A program made the position numbers and the translations under genes. From Gemmatimonadales bacterium (GTDB lineage Bacteria > Gemmatimonadota > Gemmatimonadetes > Gemmatimonadales > GWC2-71-9), in the NCBI GenBank assembly GCA_965249575.1, contig OZ252244.1, positions 640,001-704,000 on the forward strand: a stretch of DNA of 64,000 nucleotides, in the 5' to 3' direction. Under the pieces are notes generated by a model. That model did no database searches. It saw nothing but the letters and a program-made list of their open reading frames with translations, and was not told the origin of the DNA. Positions within the stretch are counted from its first letter, which is position 1. Each line of letters begins with the position of its first letter. This document shows positions 8,963 to 19,590 of this stretch, piece by piece.

Positions 8963-9826
8963 ATGGCGTCCGATGTCGCGACCGAGTCCCAGAGATCCGG
9001 CGCCTCGATCGAGGCTTTCGCCTTCGATGTGGAGGGACTAGCCCGACTCGGCCAGCAGCAGCACCAGTCGTACATTCGCGCGGATCCATTTCCGCACGCC
9101 GTGCTCGATGGACTCGTCCCCGAGAGAGTCTGCGATCGCGTTCTCGAAGAGTTCCCCGATCCCAACCGGAACCAGTGGATCCGGTTCCACGACCACACGG
9201 GCAAGAAGCTCGCGTCCCGAGTCGAATCGCAGCTCGGTCCGTTCACTCGGCACGTCATCGCCCAATTCAACTCGGCCGGGTTCCTCGAATTCCTGGAGAA
9301 GATGACTGGAATCGACGGCCTCATACCAGACCCGCACCTGTTCGGCGGCGGGCTGCACCAGATCCAGCGCGGAGGATTCCTCAAGATCCACGCCGACTTC
9401 AATCGGCACGAGCGGCTACACTTGGACCGCCGCCTGAACTTGCTCCTCTTCCTGAACCGAGACTGGGACGAGGCCTACGGCGGTCAACTGGAGCTTTGGG
9501 ACAGGGAGATGGCGCACTGCGTCAAACGAGTGCTTCCGGTCTGTAACCGCGCAGTGGTCTTTAGCACGACCTCCACTGCCTACCACGGTCATCCCAACCC
9601 GCTCACGTGTCCCGAGGGTCGATACCGCCGCTCCATGGCGTTGTACTACTACACCAGTGGCCGTCCCGCAGAGGAAATCCGAGAGGCGCACACGACGCTC
9701 TATCAAGAGCGACCCGGTGAAACGGTCGTCCTCAGCCCCGGTGCGAGATTGCGCGCCGTGGTCAAGCGTTTCGTGCCCCCGATTATCATCGACGCGGCCC
9801 GAGCGCTCCGGGGCAGAAGAGTGTAA
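8963..9826 (+). CDS. 2OG-Fe(II) oxygenase
   Basis: PFPHAVLD, GGGLHQI, IHADFN, GGQLELWD, YHGHP, RRSMALYYYT. Confidence 0.88.
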   Translation: MASDVATESQRSGASIEAFAFDVEGLARLGQQQHQSYIRADPFPHAVLDGLVPERVCDRVLEEFPDPNRNQWIRFHDHTGKKLASRVESQLGPFTRHVIAQFNSAGFLEFLEKMTGIDGLIPDPHLFGGGLHQIQRGGFLKIHADFNRHERLHLDRRLNLLLFLNRDWDEAYGGQLELWDREMAHCVKRVLPVCNRAVVFSTTSTAYHGHPNPLTCPEGRYRRSMALYYYTSGRPAEEIREAHTTLYQERPGETVVLSPGARLRAVVKRFVPPIIIDAARALRGRRV

Positions 9827-9924
9827 GCAGACCGGCGGTCGCCCTGGCGGCCCCCATTTTGGTTTGGTCGGTCGGCCGCCCCTGATCAGATTTGTGACGC
9901 ACAAGTGAAGAATCGCGAGGCCTT

Positions 9925-11322
9925 TTAGTCCTCCTCACCCCACTGGCAGATCCCCTCTTCGACCAGCTCCTGCATCACGTGGTCGGTCGCTTCCCGGAAC
10001 GTGTTCACCGCCGTATCGATCTCTTCCTCTGAAATGATGAAGGGCGGCGAAAAGGCAATCGTATCGGTCTGGGGCAGCGCCCGCCCGATGACGCCCCGCT
10101 GGAAGGCCTCCTTGACGATGCGCGCGGCCACCTTGACCGAGGGGTCGAACGCAACCGCCGGTCGGCGGCTCGCGACGAACTCGACTCCGCACATCAGGCC
10201 CACGCCCCGTACGTCGCCAACGAGTGGGTGATCGTTGAACGCGCTCTCGAGGCGCCGTTGCAGGTAGGCACCGAGGGTCGCTGCCTGCTCGACGAGGCCC
10301 TCCCTGTCGATCAGGTCCAGGTTGGCGAGGGCGGCCGCCGCAGGGCCGGGATGCGCGGTGTAGGTAAAGCCGTGTCCGAACACGCCGAATCGCTGCTCGC
10401 CTTCGACGATGGTCCGCCAGACCCCCTCCGAGACCATACAGCCCGATAGCGGCGCGTACATGGAGGTGAGGCCCTTGGCCAGAATGATGAGGTCGGGTTC
10501 GAGTCCGAACAGCTCCGTCCCGAAAGGCCTACCCAGCCGTCCGAAACCGGAAATGACCTCATCGGCGATCAGCAGGACGTCGTAGCGCGCGAGCACTCCT
10601 TGGATGGCCGGGTAGTACCCCTCGGGCGGTACGATCACGCCGCCCGCTCCCATCACCGGCTCGACGATCATGGCGCCTATGGTTTCCGGACCCTCCGTCT
10701 GGATGAGTCGCTCCAAGTCGTCGACGAGTCGCGCGACGAATTCCGCATCGGTGAGGCCCTCGCCCTCCCACAGCGGCCGCGGCGCGGTGGTGTGCCTCAC
10801 GAACGGCAGCGGGAGATCGAACCCGGCGTGCGCGACGACCAATCCGGTCAGGCTCCCCGAGACCGCCGTGACGCCGTGGTAGCCCCGGTCGCGGGCGATG
10901 ATCTTCTTCTTCTCCGTCTTGCCGCGAACGTTCTGGTAATACCAGACGAGTTTCACTGCGGTATCGTTGGCATCGGAGCCCGAGCTTCCGAAGAACACCT
11001 TGGACATCGGCACAGGCGCCATCTCGATGAGCCGCTGGGCGAGCAGAATCGCCTGATCTGACGACACTCCGGAAAAGGTGTGACAGTACGATAGGGTGGT
11101 CGCCTGGCGCTCCAACGCCTGGGCGATCTCGCGCCGGCCATAACCGACGTTGACGCACCAGAGACCCGCCATGGCATCGAGATATCGCCGCCCCTCGGCG
11201 TCCTCCAGCCACGCGCCCTCGCCCTTCACGATGACCGGAGCCGGCCCTAACTGCTCGTGTGTGGCAAGCGCCGTCATCGGATGGAACAGGTACCGCCGAT
11301 CGAGGTCCGACAGGGAAGACAT
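9925..11322 (-). CDS. Class-III PLP-dependent aminotransferase (omega-amino acid/polyamine type)
   Basis: YLDAMAGLWCVNVGYG, SGSDAND, GYHG, IADEVISGFGRLG, PDLIILAKGL; start chosen at MSSLSDLD. Confidence 0.92.
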   Translation of the reverse strand: MSSLSDLDRRYLFHPMTALATHEQLGPAPVIVKGEGAWLEDAEGRRYLDAMAGLWCVNVGYGRREIAQALERQATTLSYCHTFSGVSSDQAILLAQRLIEMAPVPMSKVFFGSSGSDANDTAVKLVWYYQNVRGKTEKKKIIARDRGYHGVTAVSGSLTGLVVAHAGFDLPLPFVRHTTAPRPLWEGEGLTDAEFVARLVDDLERLIQTEGPETIGAMIVEPVMGAGGVIVPPEGYYPAIQGVLARYDVLLIADEVISGFGRLGRPFGTELFGLEPDLIILAKGLTSMYAPLSGCMVSEGVWRTIVEGEQRFGVFGHGFTYTAHPGPAAAALANLDLIDREGLVEQAATLGAYLQRRLESAFNDHPLVGDVRGVGLMCGVEFVASRRPAVAFDPSVKVAARIVKEAFQRGVIGRALPQTDTIAFSPPFIISEEEIDTAVNTFREATDHVMQELVEEGICQWGEED

Positions 11323-11430
11323 TGGCGAGCTCCTAGCGCTCGTATTGCCGATCATCTGGCGCGCGGCGAGATTGCGCTTCGATTCGTGCAGGGATCGAAG
11401 ACCGTTGGACATGTGCGCCCCAACTAACAG

Positions 11431-13149
11431 TTGGAATTTCCCGATGGCCATCATCACGCGCAAGGCAGACCGACGCTGAAGATCGAGTTCGAGGACGAAG
11501 TCCTAGAGGCGCGCCCGGGCGAGAGTCTCGCGGCGACCCTCACCGCTCACGGTATCCGGTGGTTGCGTACGACCGAGAGCGGCGCGGAGCGCGGCATATT
11601 CTGCGGCATGGGTGTATGCCAAGATTGCCTGGTCGAGGTCGACGGGCAGCCAAACGAACGGGCTTGCACGCTCAAGGTCGAACGGCCCATGAAAGTCAGG
11701 CGCGAGGGGAGCGGCCGTCCTTCCCCGGCGATGGATCCGACGCGTGGCCGTCCACCAGTCACCATCGAGGAGATCCCGGTCGAGCGCCCGGAGGTGCTGG
11801 TGGTCGGCGCGGGCCCCGGGGGGCTCGCCGCCGCATACGCCGCGCGCCTGGCCGGCGCCGAGGTGCTGGTCCTCGATGAGGGATCGGCGGCGGGCGGTCA
11901 GTACTTCAAGCAGTGCTCAGCGGCGAGCATCGTGCCGCCCGACACGCAACATCGCGAAGGACAGCGGCTCATCGCCGACGTAATCGCCGGCGGCGTGACG
12001 GTCGTATCCAACGCAGTGGTGTGGGGGGCATTCCCTCCACTGGAGCTTGCTGCGACGATCGCGGGTACCACGGTTCGATACCAGCCGCGCGTGGCGATCC
12101 TGGCGACCGGCGCGTACGATCGCGGCTGGCCGGTGCCGGACTGGACACTGCCCGGCGTCATCACCACCGGGGCCGCCCAGACGATGTGGCGTACCGCTCG
12201 CCGGCTGCCCGGGAAGCGGGTCCTGATCGCTGGCAACGGGCCACTCAATCTCCAGCTCGCCTCCGAGCTCACCGCGGGCGGAGCCGATGTCGTCGCCGTG
12301 GTCGAGGCAGCGCCCGCCGTGGGTTTCCGCCGCGCGAAGGAGATCGCGACCATGCTCGCCACCGCACCCGGCCTGGTCGCCGAAGGCCTGCGCTACCTGT
12401 CGCGGTGTCGCCGAGCGGGCGTGCGCATGATGAACGGGTCCGTCCTGACATCCGTCGAGCGCCGCTCGGGTGTCCTGCACTCATCGATCGAGGGCCGGGT
12501 ATCTGCCGAGCTCGACTCCGACGTCGTATGCCTCGGTTACGGATTCCATCCATCGAATGAGCTGCTCCGGGCACTCGGATGTTCCCACGTATTCGACCCT
12601 GAGCGAGGCGAGCTCATCACAGTTCGGGACGCGCGAGGCGCGACAAGTGTGCCCGGCGTCTGGGCACTCGGCGACTGCACCGGGCTCGGAGGGGCGCGGG
12701 TCGGGCTGGCCGAGGGAACCCTCGCGGGTTTTGCAGCCGCTCGGGCGCTGGGCCACGCACTCTCGTCCAAGGCCGCTCACACAGACATAACGGCAGAGTC
12801 GAACGCCGCGCGTCACCGCCGGTTTCAGAAGGCGCTGTGGCGGATATACCGCATGGCCGAGTCGCTCGAGCCGCACCCCACCGGCGACACGATCGTGTGC
12901 CGATGCGAGGAGGTATCGTACGGTCAGGTCGAGGCGGCCCTCGAGGAGGGCGCTCGCTCACCGGGCGAGATCAAGCAGCGCACTCGGGTCGGCATGGGCC
13001 GATGTCAGGCGCGTTACTGCGGGCCGGCGCTCGAGTCCTTGTTAGCGAAGCGTACCGGCCATCAGCGAGACGAATACTCGGGGTTCGCACCCCGAATGCC
13101 GGTCAAACCGGTTGCCGTCGCCGATCTCGCCAGCGTGATGCCCGAATAG
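11431..13149 (+). CDS. Fused 2Fe-2S ferredoxin + FAD/NAD(P) oxidoreductase + BFD-like domain (HcnA/HcnB, OoxA or proline-dehydrogenase alpha-like)
   Basis: CGMGVCQDC...NERAC, VVGAGPGG, ILATGAYDR, CRCEEV, GMGRCQARYC; start uncertain. Confidence 0.85.
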   Translation: MEFPDGHHHAQGRPTLKIEFEDEVLEARPGESLAATLTAHGIRWLRTTESGAERGIFCGMGVCQDCLVEVDGQPNERACTLKVERPMKVRREGSGRPSPAMDPTRGRPPVTIEEIPVERPEVLVVGAGPGGLAAAYAARLAGAEVLVLDEGSAAGGQYFKQCSAASIVPPDTQHREGQRLIADVIAGGVTVVSNAVVWGAFPPLELAATIAGTTVRYQPRVAILATGAYDRGWPVPDWTLPGVITTGAAQTMWRTARRLPGKRVLIAGNGPLNLQLASELTAGGADVVAVVEAAPAVGFRRAKEIATMLATAPGLVAEGLRYLSRCRRAGVRMMNGSVLTSVERRSGVLHSSIEGRVSAELDSDVVCLGYGFHPSNELLRALGCSHVFDPERGELITVRDARGATSVPGVWALGDCTGLGGARVGLAEGTLAGFAAARALGHALSSKAAHTDITAESNAARHRRFQKALWRIYRMAESLEPHPTGDTIVCRCEEVSYGQVEAALEEGARSPGEIKQRTRVGMGRCQARYCGPALESLLAKRTGHQRDEYSGFAPRMPVKPVAVADLASVMPE

Positions 13150-14300
13150 TGGGACTGAGCGACGCACTTCCCCGCAACATCGAAACGGCAGTGGTTGGCG
13201 GCGGACTGCTTGGTCTTTGTGTCGCCGGGTTCCTCGCCGAAGCGCAGCGGGAGGTCGCCATCATCGACGCCGGTCGTCCCGACGGCACCACGACCAATGC
13301 CGGCAGCCTCCACGTGCAAATGCAGAGTCGGTTTCTACGACTCTATCCTGATCAGGTGCCCGCTCTGGAAGCGGCGCTCCACCTGTACCCCAAGGCGGTT
13401 GCGTTCTGGGCCGAACTGCAGCGTCATCTGCACGCCAATTTCGGTCTCAAAGTTGGCGGCGGGTTGATGGTTGCAGAGAGTCGGCAACAACTCGACTTTT
13501 TGGTTCGAAAGTGCCAACGTGAGCGAGCTGTTGGGATCGACGCGGCAATCGTCGAGCGGCCAGGGATCGAGCGGATCGCGCCCTATCTCGGTCCCGCCGT
13601 GGTCGGGGTCGAGATGTGCGCGAACGAAGGCCGGCTCGACCCGCTCGAGACCAACCGGGCACTGCGGCACTGGGTCGACGGCCTTGGAGTCCCGTACGTC
13701 GGTCGAACGCCGGTCGAGCGGATCGTTCGCGACGGCCGGCGTTTCAACATTGAGACGCAAACAGGCACCGTCGGGGCGGCATCCGTCGTTATCGCAGCGG
13801 CGGCGGGTTCGCGGGGATTGGCGGAGGGACTCGGCATCCGGCTGCCGGTGGAAGCCGAGCCATTGCATATGAACGTCACCGAGCCAACCACCCCGTTCAT
13901 CGCCCACCTCGTCCAGCACGCGGACCGCATGGTCACGATCAAGCAGCTGGCGAGCGGGCACGTGCTGATCGGTGGCGGGTGGGCTGCGGAGTGGTCCGTT
14001 GATCGAAGCAACCCGGCGGTCCGGCTGGCCAGTCTGGTCGGCAACACGACGCTGGCACAGCACATCGTACCCGCGATCGGACGGCTTCGGATCATCCGTA
14101 CGTGGGGCGGAGTCAACACGACGGCGGACGGTATCGGCGTCTTAGGCCCCATTCACGGAGTGCCCGGGGCGTTTGTGGCAATTCCAGGCGATGCCGGCTA
14201 CACTCTTGGACCGTTGTCTGCGCGGCTGGTCGCCGACGCCGTCTTGGGCCGGCAACCCAGGGAAGACCTGGCGCCGTTCTCGCCGTCTCGATTTCAGTAG
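13149..14300 (+). CDS. FAD-dependent oxidoreductase of the DAO family (HcnC/OoxB/SoxB-like beta subunit)
   Basis: GTG overlaps the upstream TAG; VVGGGLLG, TTTNAGSLH, RTWGG, GYTLGP. Confidence 0.85.
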   Translation: MGLSDALPRNIETAVVGGGLLGLCVAGFLAEAQREVAIIDAGRPDGTTTNAGSLHVQMQSRFLRLYPDQVPALEAALHLYPKAVAFWAELQRHLHANFGLKVGGGLMVAESRQQLDFLVRKCQRERAVGIDAAIVERPGIERIAPYLGPAVVGVEMCANEGRLDPLETNRALRHWVDGLGVPYVGRTPVERIVRDGRRFNIETQTGTVGAASVVIAAAAGSRGLAEGLGIRLPVEAEPLHMNVTEPTTPFIAHLVQHADRMVTIKQLASGHVLIGGGWAAEWSVDRSNPAVRLASLVGNTTLAQHIVPAIGRLRIIRTWGGVNTTADGIGVLGPIHGVPGAFVAIPGDAGYTLGPLSARLVADAVLGRQPREDLAPFSPSRFQ

Positions 14301-14372
14301 CACGCGGTGATACCCTATCCGGACCGCGCCAGCGCCCGCGGCGGCCACACAGTCGGGAGTCAAAGGTCTGCC

Positions 14373-15740
14373 ATGGCTAAAGAACCCACTGAAGCGAAAG
14401 CAATCGAGACGCGCGGAGTGTCGCGGCGCGTAGCGATTCGGAGCATGGCGGCGGCATTCGCTGCGCTCGCCGCCGCTGGGGCATGCCGCTTTGCCGGCTC
14501 GAAGAAAACGCCGGGTCTCACGCTCCGCTGGTGGTCGACGCAGTCGGCCCCGGCACAACTGGCCGCGTACCGGGCGCAGATTGCCGCGTTCGAAGCGGCC
14601 AACCCGGGGATGGGAGTAGTCTTTGAACCGATATCCGACGAGGGGTACGCGACGCAGCTCGCCGCGGCGTTTGCTTCGGGCGAAGTGCCACACTTGGTCA
14701 CGCACCTGCCGTCGTTCGCCATCCAAGGCTACTACGCCCACGGCTTGATCGAGCCGCTGGACGATGTCATCGAGACAATCGGACCGGAAAAGTTTTACTC
14801 AGGGGCTAACGACGTGTACCGAGCCGCCGATGGCAAGTTCGTGGCCACGGGCATTGGCAACACGGCCGCCGACATGCTGTGGGTGCGGCTCGACCTGCTG
14901 GAACGAGCGCGCGTGGACAAGATCCCCGAAACGTGGGACGAGCTGCGTGCGGCCTGCCGGGCCATGCAGGGCGGAGGGATCTACGGTGCACCGCTACCGT
15001 ACGGATTGAATTCGGCAAACTCCTTGACCTTCATCGGATTCATCCATCGCGCCGGTGGCATGGTATTCACGCCCGACCTCGAGATCGCGCTCGATCAGCA
15101 GGCAACCTATGACGCGCTGGAGTTCTACCTGTCCATGCGCGAGTTTTGCCCACCGGGCGCCACTGGCTACTCCTGGGGCGAAATGCTCACGGCCTTCGTG
15201 AGCGGTGCGACGGCCACCGGCATTTACGCCGGCCGAGTGCTCGCCAACGTCGTGGCACAAAACCCAGAGATCGCAGATTCGATCACGTGCACGCTCTATC
15301 CGAGAATCTCGCTCGATATCCCGGCGTGGACCTACAACGACTTCCCAAGCGTGTGCATTCCCGCGGCTGCCCGAAATAAGACGGAGGCGAAACGGCTCGC
15401 GGTATCGCTGTTCGATCCGCCGGGGTATATCCCGCAGCTTCACGCTGCTCCAGGGCACGTGCTCCCCGTGCTCAAGACCATCGCCGAAGACCCGGCGTAT
15501 CAGGAGAACGAGATCATCCGGCGATATCCACGAGAGATCGACATCATGGCCTTAGCCGCGGCACGCGGGCACAATCTCGGATACGAGACACCGGAGCATC
15601 AGGCAAATCCGAAGGCGGGCGAGATCATCGCGTCCAACGCCATCGCCGAAATGGTACAGCGGGTAGTCTTGAACGGTGAAAACGCAAGAACGGTCGTGGG
15701 CAACACCGCAAGACGGCTCGAAGAAATCATGCACTCCTGA
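14373..15740 (+). CDS. ABC transporter substrate-binding protein (CUT1/sugar type, Tat-like signal)
   Basis: VSRRVAIR twin-arginine-like leader, IPETWDEL, typical SBP size. Confidence 0.85.
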   Translation: MAKEPTEAKAIETRGVSRRVAIRSMAAAFAALAAAGACRFAGSKKTPGLTLRWWSTQSAPAQLAAYRAQIAAFEAANPGMGVVFEPISDEGYATQLAAAFASGEVPHLVTHLPSFAIQGYYAHGLIEPLDDVIETIGPEKFYSGANDVYRAADGKFVATGIGNTAADMLWVRLDLLERARVDKIPETWDELRAACRAMQGGGIYGAPLPYGLNSANSLTFIGFIHRAGGMVFTPDLEIALDQQATYDALEFYLSMREFCPPGATGYSWGEMLTAFVSGATATGIYAGRVLANVVAQNPEIADSITCTLYPRISLDIPAWTYNDFPSVCIPAAARNKTEAKRLAVSLFDPPGYIPQLHAAPGHVLPVLKTIAEDPAYQENEIIRRYPREIDIMALAAARGHNLGYETPEHQANPKAGEIIASNAIAEMVQRVVLNGENARTVVGNTARRLEEIMHS

Positions 15741-15775
15741 TTCTCCATGATCCGCGGCAGCGTCGGACACACCCC

Positions 15776-16690
15776 GTGACGGTCGCCGCACAGGCAGGGG
15801 CCCCACCCTCGCTCGAGAAGCGCTACGCGATGCTCGGCGCGGCGCTGATCGCGCCGACCGTGTTGGTGTTCTGCGCGGTCATCCTCTATCCGCTCGTTTC
15901 AGCGATCTATTTGTCCCTGTTTTCCATCTACACACCGACTCTGGCCGGCGATTGGGTGGGAGCGAACAACTACACCGAGCTGTTGGCCAGCGGCCGCTTC
16001 TGGAACGCGGTTCTCAACACACTGATCTGGACGCTCGGAACTCTGACCCTACAGATCACTAGCGGCGTGGGCGTCGCGTTGCTGCTCAATCAGTCGATCG
16101 TCTTTCGCTCGCTGGCCAGGAGTTTGATCCTCTTCCCCTACTTCCTGTCCACGGTCGTGGCGGTGCTCGTCTGGCGCTGGCTGTTCAACGACCTCTATGG
16201 CATCCTGAACCACTTGGTCCTGCTGGCCGGCCTCACCGATACGCCCGTCAACTGGCTCGGACAGATGCCCAATGCCATGGTCTCGATCATTTTCGTGGGA
16301 GCCTGGAAGTATTTCCCGTTCGTGGTGATCGCTGTCCTGGCGAGACTCCAGACCATCCCGGAGCCCCTCTACGAGGCCGCCACAATCGACGGCGCAGGGC
16401 CTGTTCAGCGCTTCCTCGACATCACGCTCCCGCAGCTCCGCGACGTCCTGGTCGTGGTCATTCTCCTCCGGGCGATTTGGGACTTCAAGGAGTTCGACCT
16501 GATCTACTTGCTGACGGGGGGCGGACCCATCAACGCGACCCAAACTCTGTCACTCCTCGTTTATGAGGAAGCGTTCCGGCTGAATCGCATGGGTATGGCA
16601 TCCAGTTACGCGGTGGCCATGATGCTCGTGTTGCTCGGGTTCACGCTGCTCTACCTGCGACAGACCAACCGACCGGCTGAGGCTCAATAG
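15776..16690 (+). CDS. Carbohydrate ABC transporter permease
   Basis: LYEAATIDGAG EAA motif; several TM helices. Confidence 0.92.
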   Translation: MTVAAQAGAPPSLEKRYAMLGAALIAPTVLVFCAVILYPLVSAIYLSLFSIYTPTLAGDWVGANNYTELLASGRFWNAVLNTLIWTLGTLTLQITSGVGVALLLNQSIVFRSLARSLILFPYFLSTVVAVLVWRWLFNDLYGILNHLVLLAGLTDTPVNWLGQMPNAMVSIIFVGAWKYFPFVVIAVLARLQTIPEPLYEAATIDGAGPVQRFLDITLPQLRDVLVVVILLRAIWDFKEFDLIYLLTGGGPINATQTLSLLVYEEAFRLNRMGMASSYAVAMMLVLLGFTLLYLRQTNRPAEAQ

Positions 16691-17523
16691 TGCGGGACGG
16701 ACCGCTCCGAACGACTCTCATGAGCGTCGCCGCGTGGACGATCGTGGTAGCGGTTACGTTCCCCCTCATCTGGATGGTCCTCACCTCGGTCAAGCCGCAA
16801 ACCGAGCTGTTCCGAATCCCGCCCACCCTGGCGCCGGAAACCATCACCCTCGAGCACTACTGGCGGCTGCTGACCGAAACACCGTTCCTCACCTACTTTC
16901 GCAATTCGATGACCCTAGCCGTGACGACGACGGTGGTCGTCATCGCCCTCGGAACGCTGGGCGCGTACAGCCTGGTGCGCTTCCGGTATCGCGGTCGTGA
17001 GACACTCGCCACCCTCGTCCTGTTTACCTATCTGATGCCATCGGTCGTGTTGGTTATCCCGCTTTACCTCTTGATGGTATCGGTGGGTCTGGCCAACACG
17101 ATCGCCAGTCTCGTGATCGCCTACACGACGTTTGCGCTTCCCTACGCGCTGTGGCTGCTGCGCTCGTTCATGGCGGGGATCCCCGAGGATCTCGAGTCCG
17201 CTGCCCTCGTCGACGGCGCGGGCAGGATGGGAGCCTTTTTCGACGTCATTCTCCCACAGGCCCTCCCGGGGATCGTCTCGACGGCGTTATTTACGTTCAT
17301 CCTGTGCTGGAACGAGTACCTGTTCGCGCTGGTGCTCGTGAACTCCGATACCGTGCGACCCTTGACGACCGGCACCATGAACATGCTGATCACGGCGTTC
17401 AACATCGATTGGTCCTTGCTCATGGCGGCTTCCGTGATGATGAGCGTGCCGCTCATCATCATATTTACGTTTCTGCAGGGCACGCTCACGCGCGGATTCG
17501 GCGCGGGCGCGGTGAAGGGCTGA
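16690..17523 (+). CDS. Carbohydrate ABC transporter permease
   Basis: LESAALVDGAG, WNEYLFA, C-terminal GAVKG. Confidence 0.92.
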   Translation: MRDGPLRTTLMSVAAWTIVVAVTFPLIWMVLTSVKPQTELFRIPPTLAPETITLEHYWRLLTETPFLTYFRNSMTLAVTTTVVVIALGTLGAYSLVRFRYRGRETLATLVLFTYLMPSVVLVIPLYLLMVSVGLANTIASLVIAYTTFALPYALWLLRSFMAGIPEDLESAALVDGAGRMGAFFDVILPQALPGIVSTALFTFILCWNEYLFALVLVNSDTVRPLTTGTMNMLITAFNIDWSLLMAASVMMSVPLIIIFTFLQGTLTRGFGAGAVKG

Positions 17524-17526
17524 CGG

Positions 17527-18648
17527 GTGGCGGGCGTCGTCTTTGAGAAAGTGCGCAAGACGTTCGGGGCCATGGTCGCGGTGGATAACCTCGACCTCAC
17601 CATTTGTGACGGCGAGTTCGTCAGCGTGCTGGGACCCTCCGGCTGCGGCAAGACGACGACGCTCCGGTTGCTGGCCGGCCTCGAGGAACCGACGGGCGGC
17701 GTCATTCGGATCGGTGAGCGCGTCGTGAACAGCGTCCCGCCCGCGCAGCGCGACATCGCCATGGTCTTTCAGTCCTATGCGCTCTATCCCCACATGACGG
17801 TCGGGCAGAACATCGGTTACCCCCTGAAGAAGCGCGGCGTGCGTGGTTCCGAGCGTTCCGACCGGGTCCGCGCCGCGGCCCGCCTCCTGGAACTGGAGAC
17901 GCTACTTGAGCGCAAACCGCGTCAGCTCTCGGGAGGGCAGCAGCAACGTGTGGCCCTCGGCCGCGCGCTGGTGCGAGAGCCGCAGGTATTCCTGCTGGAT
18001 GAACCCCTCTCCAACCTCGACGCGCGGCTCCGTGCCCACATGCGTGCCGAGCTCATCGAGCTACATCGGCGGATTGGGCGCACCATGGTGTACGTTACCC
18101 ACGACCAGCTCGAGGCGATGACCATGTCGACTCGAATCGCTGTCATGAAGACCGGGGTGCTGCAGCAGTTCGCGACCCCCGAGGAGATCTTTCATCGGCC
18201 GGGGAACGTCTTCGTCGCCGGATTCATCGGCTCTCCCGCAATGTCGATCGTCGCCGGGGACCTCATCGGCGGTAACGGTGGGCCATTCCGCGTTCGTGCC
18301 GGCGCGCTCGATGTCGCCCTGCCGGCCGGTTTACTCGACCTGAAAACCGTACCCGGGCCGGTCTCCCTCGGCGTGCGACCCGAAGACATTCGACTAGGCA
18401 GCGGGGAGCACGCGGCGGCCGTGCGGGTCGTCGAGCCGACAGGCCACGAGAGCATCGTCACCCTGGACGCCGGCGGGACACCGCTCACCGCGCGCGCGCC
18501 CGGGGATACGTCCATCGCGGCAGGTGAAAATATTCACTTCTCGTTTCGCGGCGACCGACTCCACCTGTTCGATGGAGACACCGGAACGCGGCTGAACGCG
18601 GATCGCGAAGACGAGACCCGTTCAACCACCACGGAACCAGCGGGCTAG
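17527..18648 (+). CDS. ABC transporter ATP-binding protein (MalK/UgpC type)
   Basis: GPSGCGKT, LSGGQQQR, LLDEPLSNLD, TOBE-type tail. Confidence 0.95.
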   Translation: MAGVVFEKVRKTFGAMVAVDNLDLTICDGEFVSVLGPSGCGKTTTLRLLAGLEEPTGGVIRIGERVVNSVPPAQRDIAMVFQSYALYPHMTVGQNIGYPLKKRGVRGSERSDRVRAAARLLELETLLERKPRQLSGGQQQRVALGRALVREPQVFLLDEPLSNLDARLRAHMRAELIELHRRIGRTMVYVTHDQLEAMTMSTRIAVMKTGVLQQFATPEEIFHRPGNVFVAGFIGSPAMSIVAGDLIGGNGGPFRVRAGALDVALPAGLLDLKTVPGPVSLGVRPEDIRLGSGEHAAAVRVVEPTGHESIVTLDAGGTPLTARAPGDTSIAAGENIHFSFRGDRLHLFDGDTGTRLNADREDETRSTTTEPAG

Positions 18649-18650
18649 AC

Positions 18651-19556
18651 ATGGATCGAACGAGTGTCAACTGGACCGGTCCGATGCCGGCCGTCACGAC
18701 TCCGTTTCGTGCGGACGGTGCGATCGATGAGAAGGCATTTCAACTGAACGTCGCACGGCTGCTAGGTGATGGCGCGACCGGGGTCGTGGCCGGAGGCTGC
18801 ACCGGCGAGTTTTGGGCGCTGACCCACGAGGAGCGGAAACGCCTGTACCGCCTGGCCAAAGAGGCCGTCGGCGACGCGGGAACAGTGTTCGTGGGAACCG
18901 GGGCGGTCACGGTGGATGAGACCGTGGCGCTCACTCGCGAAGCAGAGGAGAACGGCTGCGATGGAGCGCTCATCCTGCCGCCCTATTTCGTGCGGCTGAC
19001 GGACGACGAGATCTACGCGCACTATGCGGCGGTCTCGGATGCGGTCAACATCCCGATCATCCTGTACAACATCCCGGGGAACGCGGTCAACGCACTGACA
19101 CCGCCGCTGGTCGCGCGGCTGGCGGCGCTGGATCGCGTGGTGGCTATCAAGGAAAGCTCCGGCGACTGGAACAACTACTACGCCACGTTTCTGGAGGTCC
19201 GCGACCGGCTCAGGGTTTTCTGTGGCCCGTCGTCGATCTATGGGGTGCCGGCCGTCGAGCTCGGAGCCGACGGTACCATCGACTGCTTCCCGAACATGTG
19301 GACACCGGGCGCGCTGGACCTCTTTCATGCACCCCATCGCGGCGATCGGGAGAACGGAGCCCAACTGCAAGCGCTCGGTCGGAAGCTCACGGATCTCTGC
19401 ACGAGCGGCGGCCGCACGCTCTACCCTTCCACCAAGGCGGCGATGGATTTGTTGGGGTTCCCCGGCGGGGGCACTCCCCGCCCCCCCCTGCGACCGCTCA
19501 CGGGCGAGCCACTGAAGGGCCTCGAGCGCGGACTGGCCACTCTCGGAGTTTCATGA
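18651..19556 (+). CDS. Dihydrodipicolinate synthase/N-acetylneuraminate lyase family protein
   Basis: AVTTPF, GCTGEF, LYNIP, AIKESS Schiff-base Lys. Confidence 0.9.
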   Translation: MDRTSVNWTGPMPAVTTPFRADGAIDEKAFQLNVARLLGDGATGVVAGGCTGEFWALTHEERKRLYRLAKEAVGDAGTVFVGTGAVTVDETVALTREAEENGCDGALILPPYFVRLTDDEIYAHYAAVSDAVNIPIILYNIPGNAVNALTPPLVARLAALDRVVAIKESSGDWNNYYATFLEVRDRLRVFCGPSSIYGVPAVELGADGTIDCFPNMWTPGALDLFHAPHRGDRENGAQLQALGRKLTDLCTSGGRTLYPSTKAAMDLLGFPGGGTPRPPLRPLTGEPLKGLERGLATLGVS

Positions 19557-19590
19557 GATCATTACGTTCAACCTCACGAGGAGTCCAACG

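Noticed and set aside
11431..14300. Calling the oxidoreductase pair hydrogen cyanide synthase (hcnABC)
   Set aside because: Same families, but the importer and catabolic context fits substrate degradation better; specificity cannot be read from motifs
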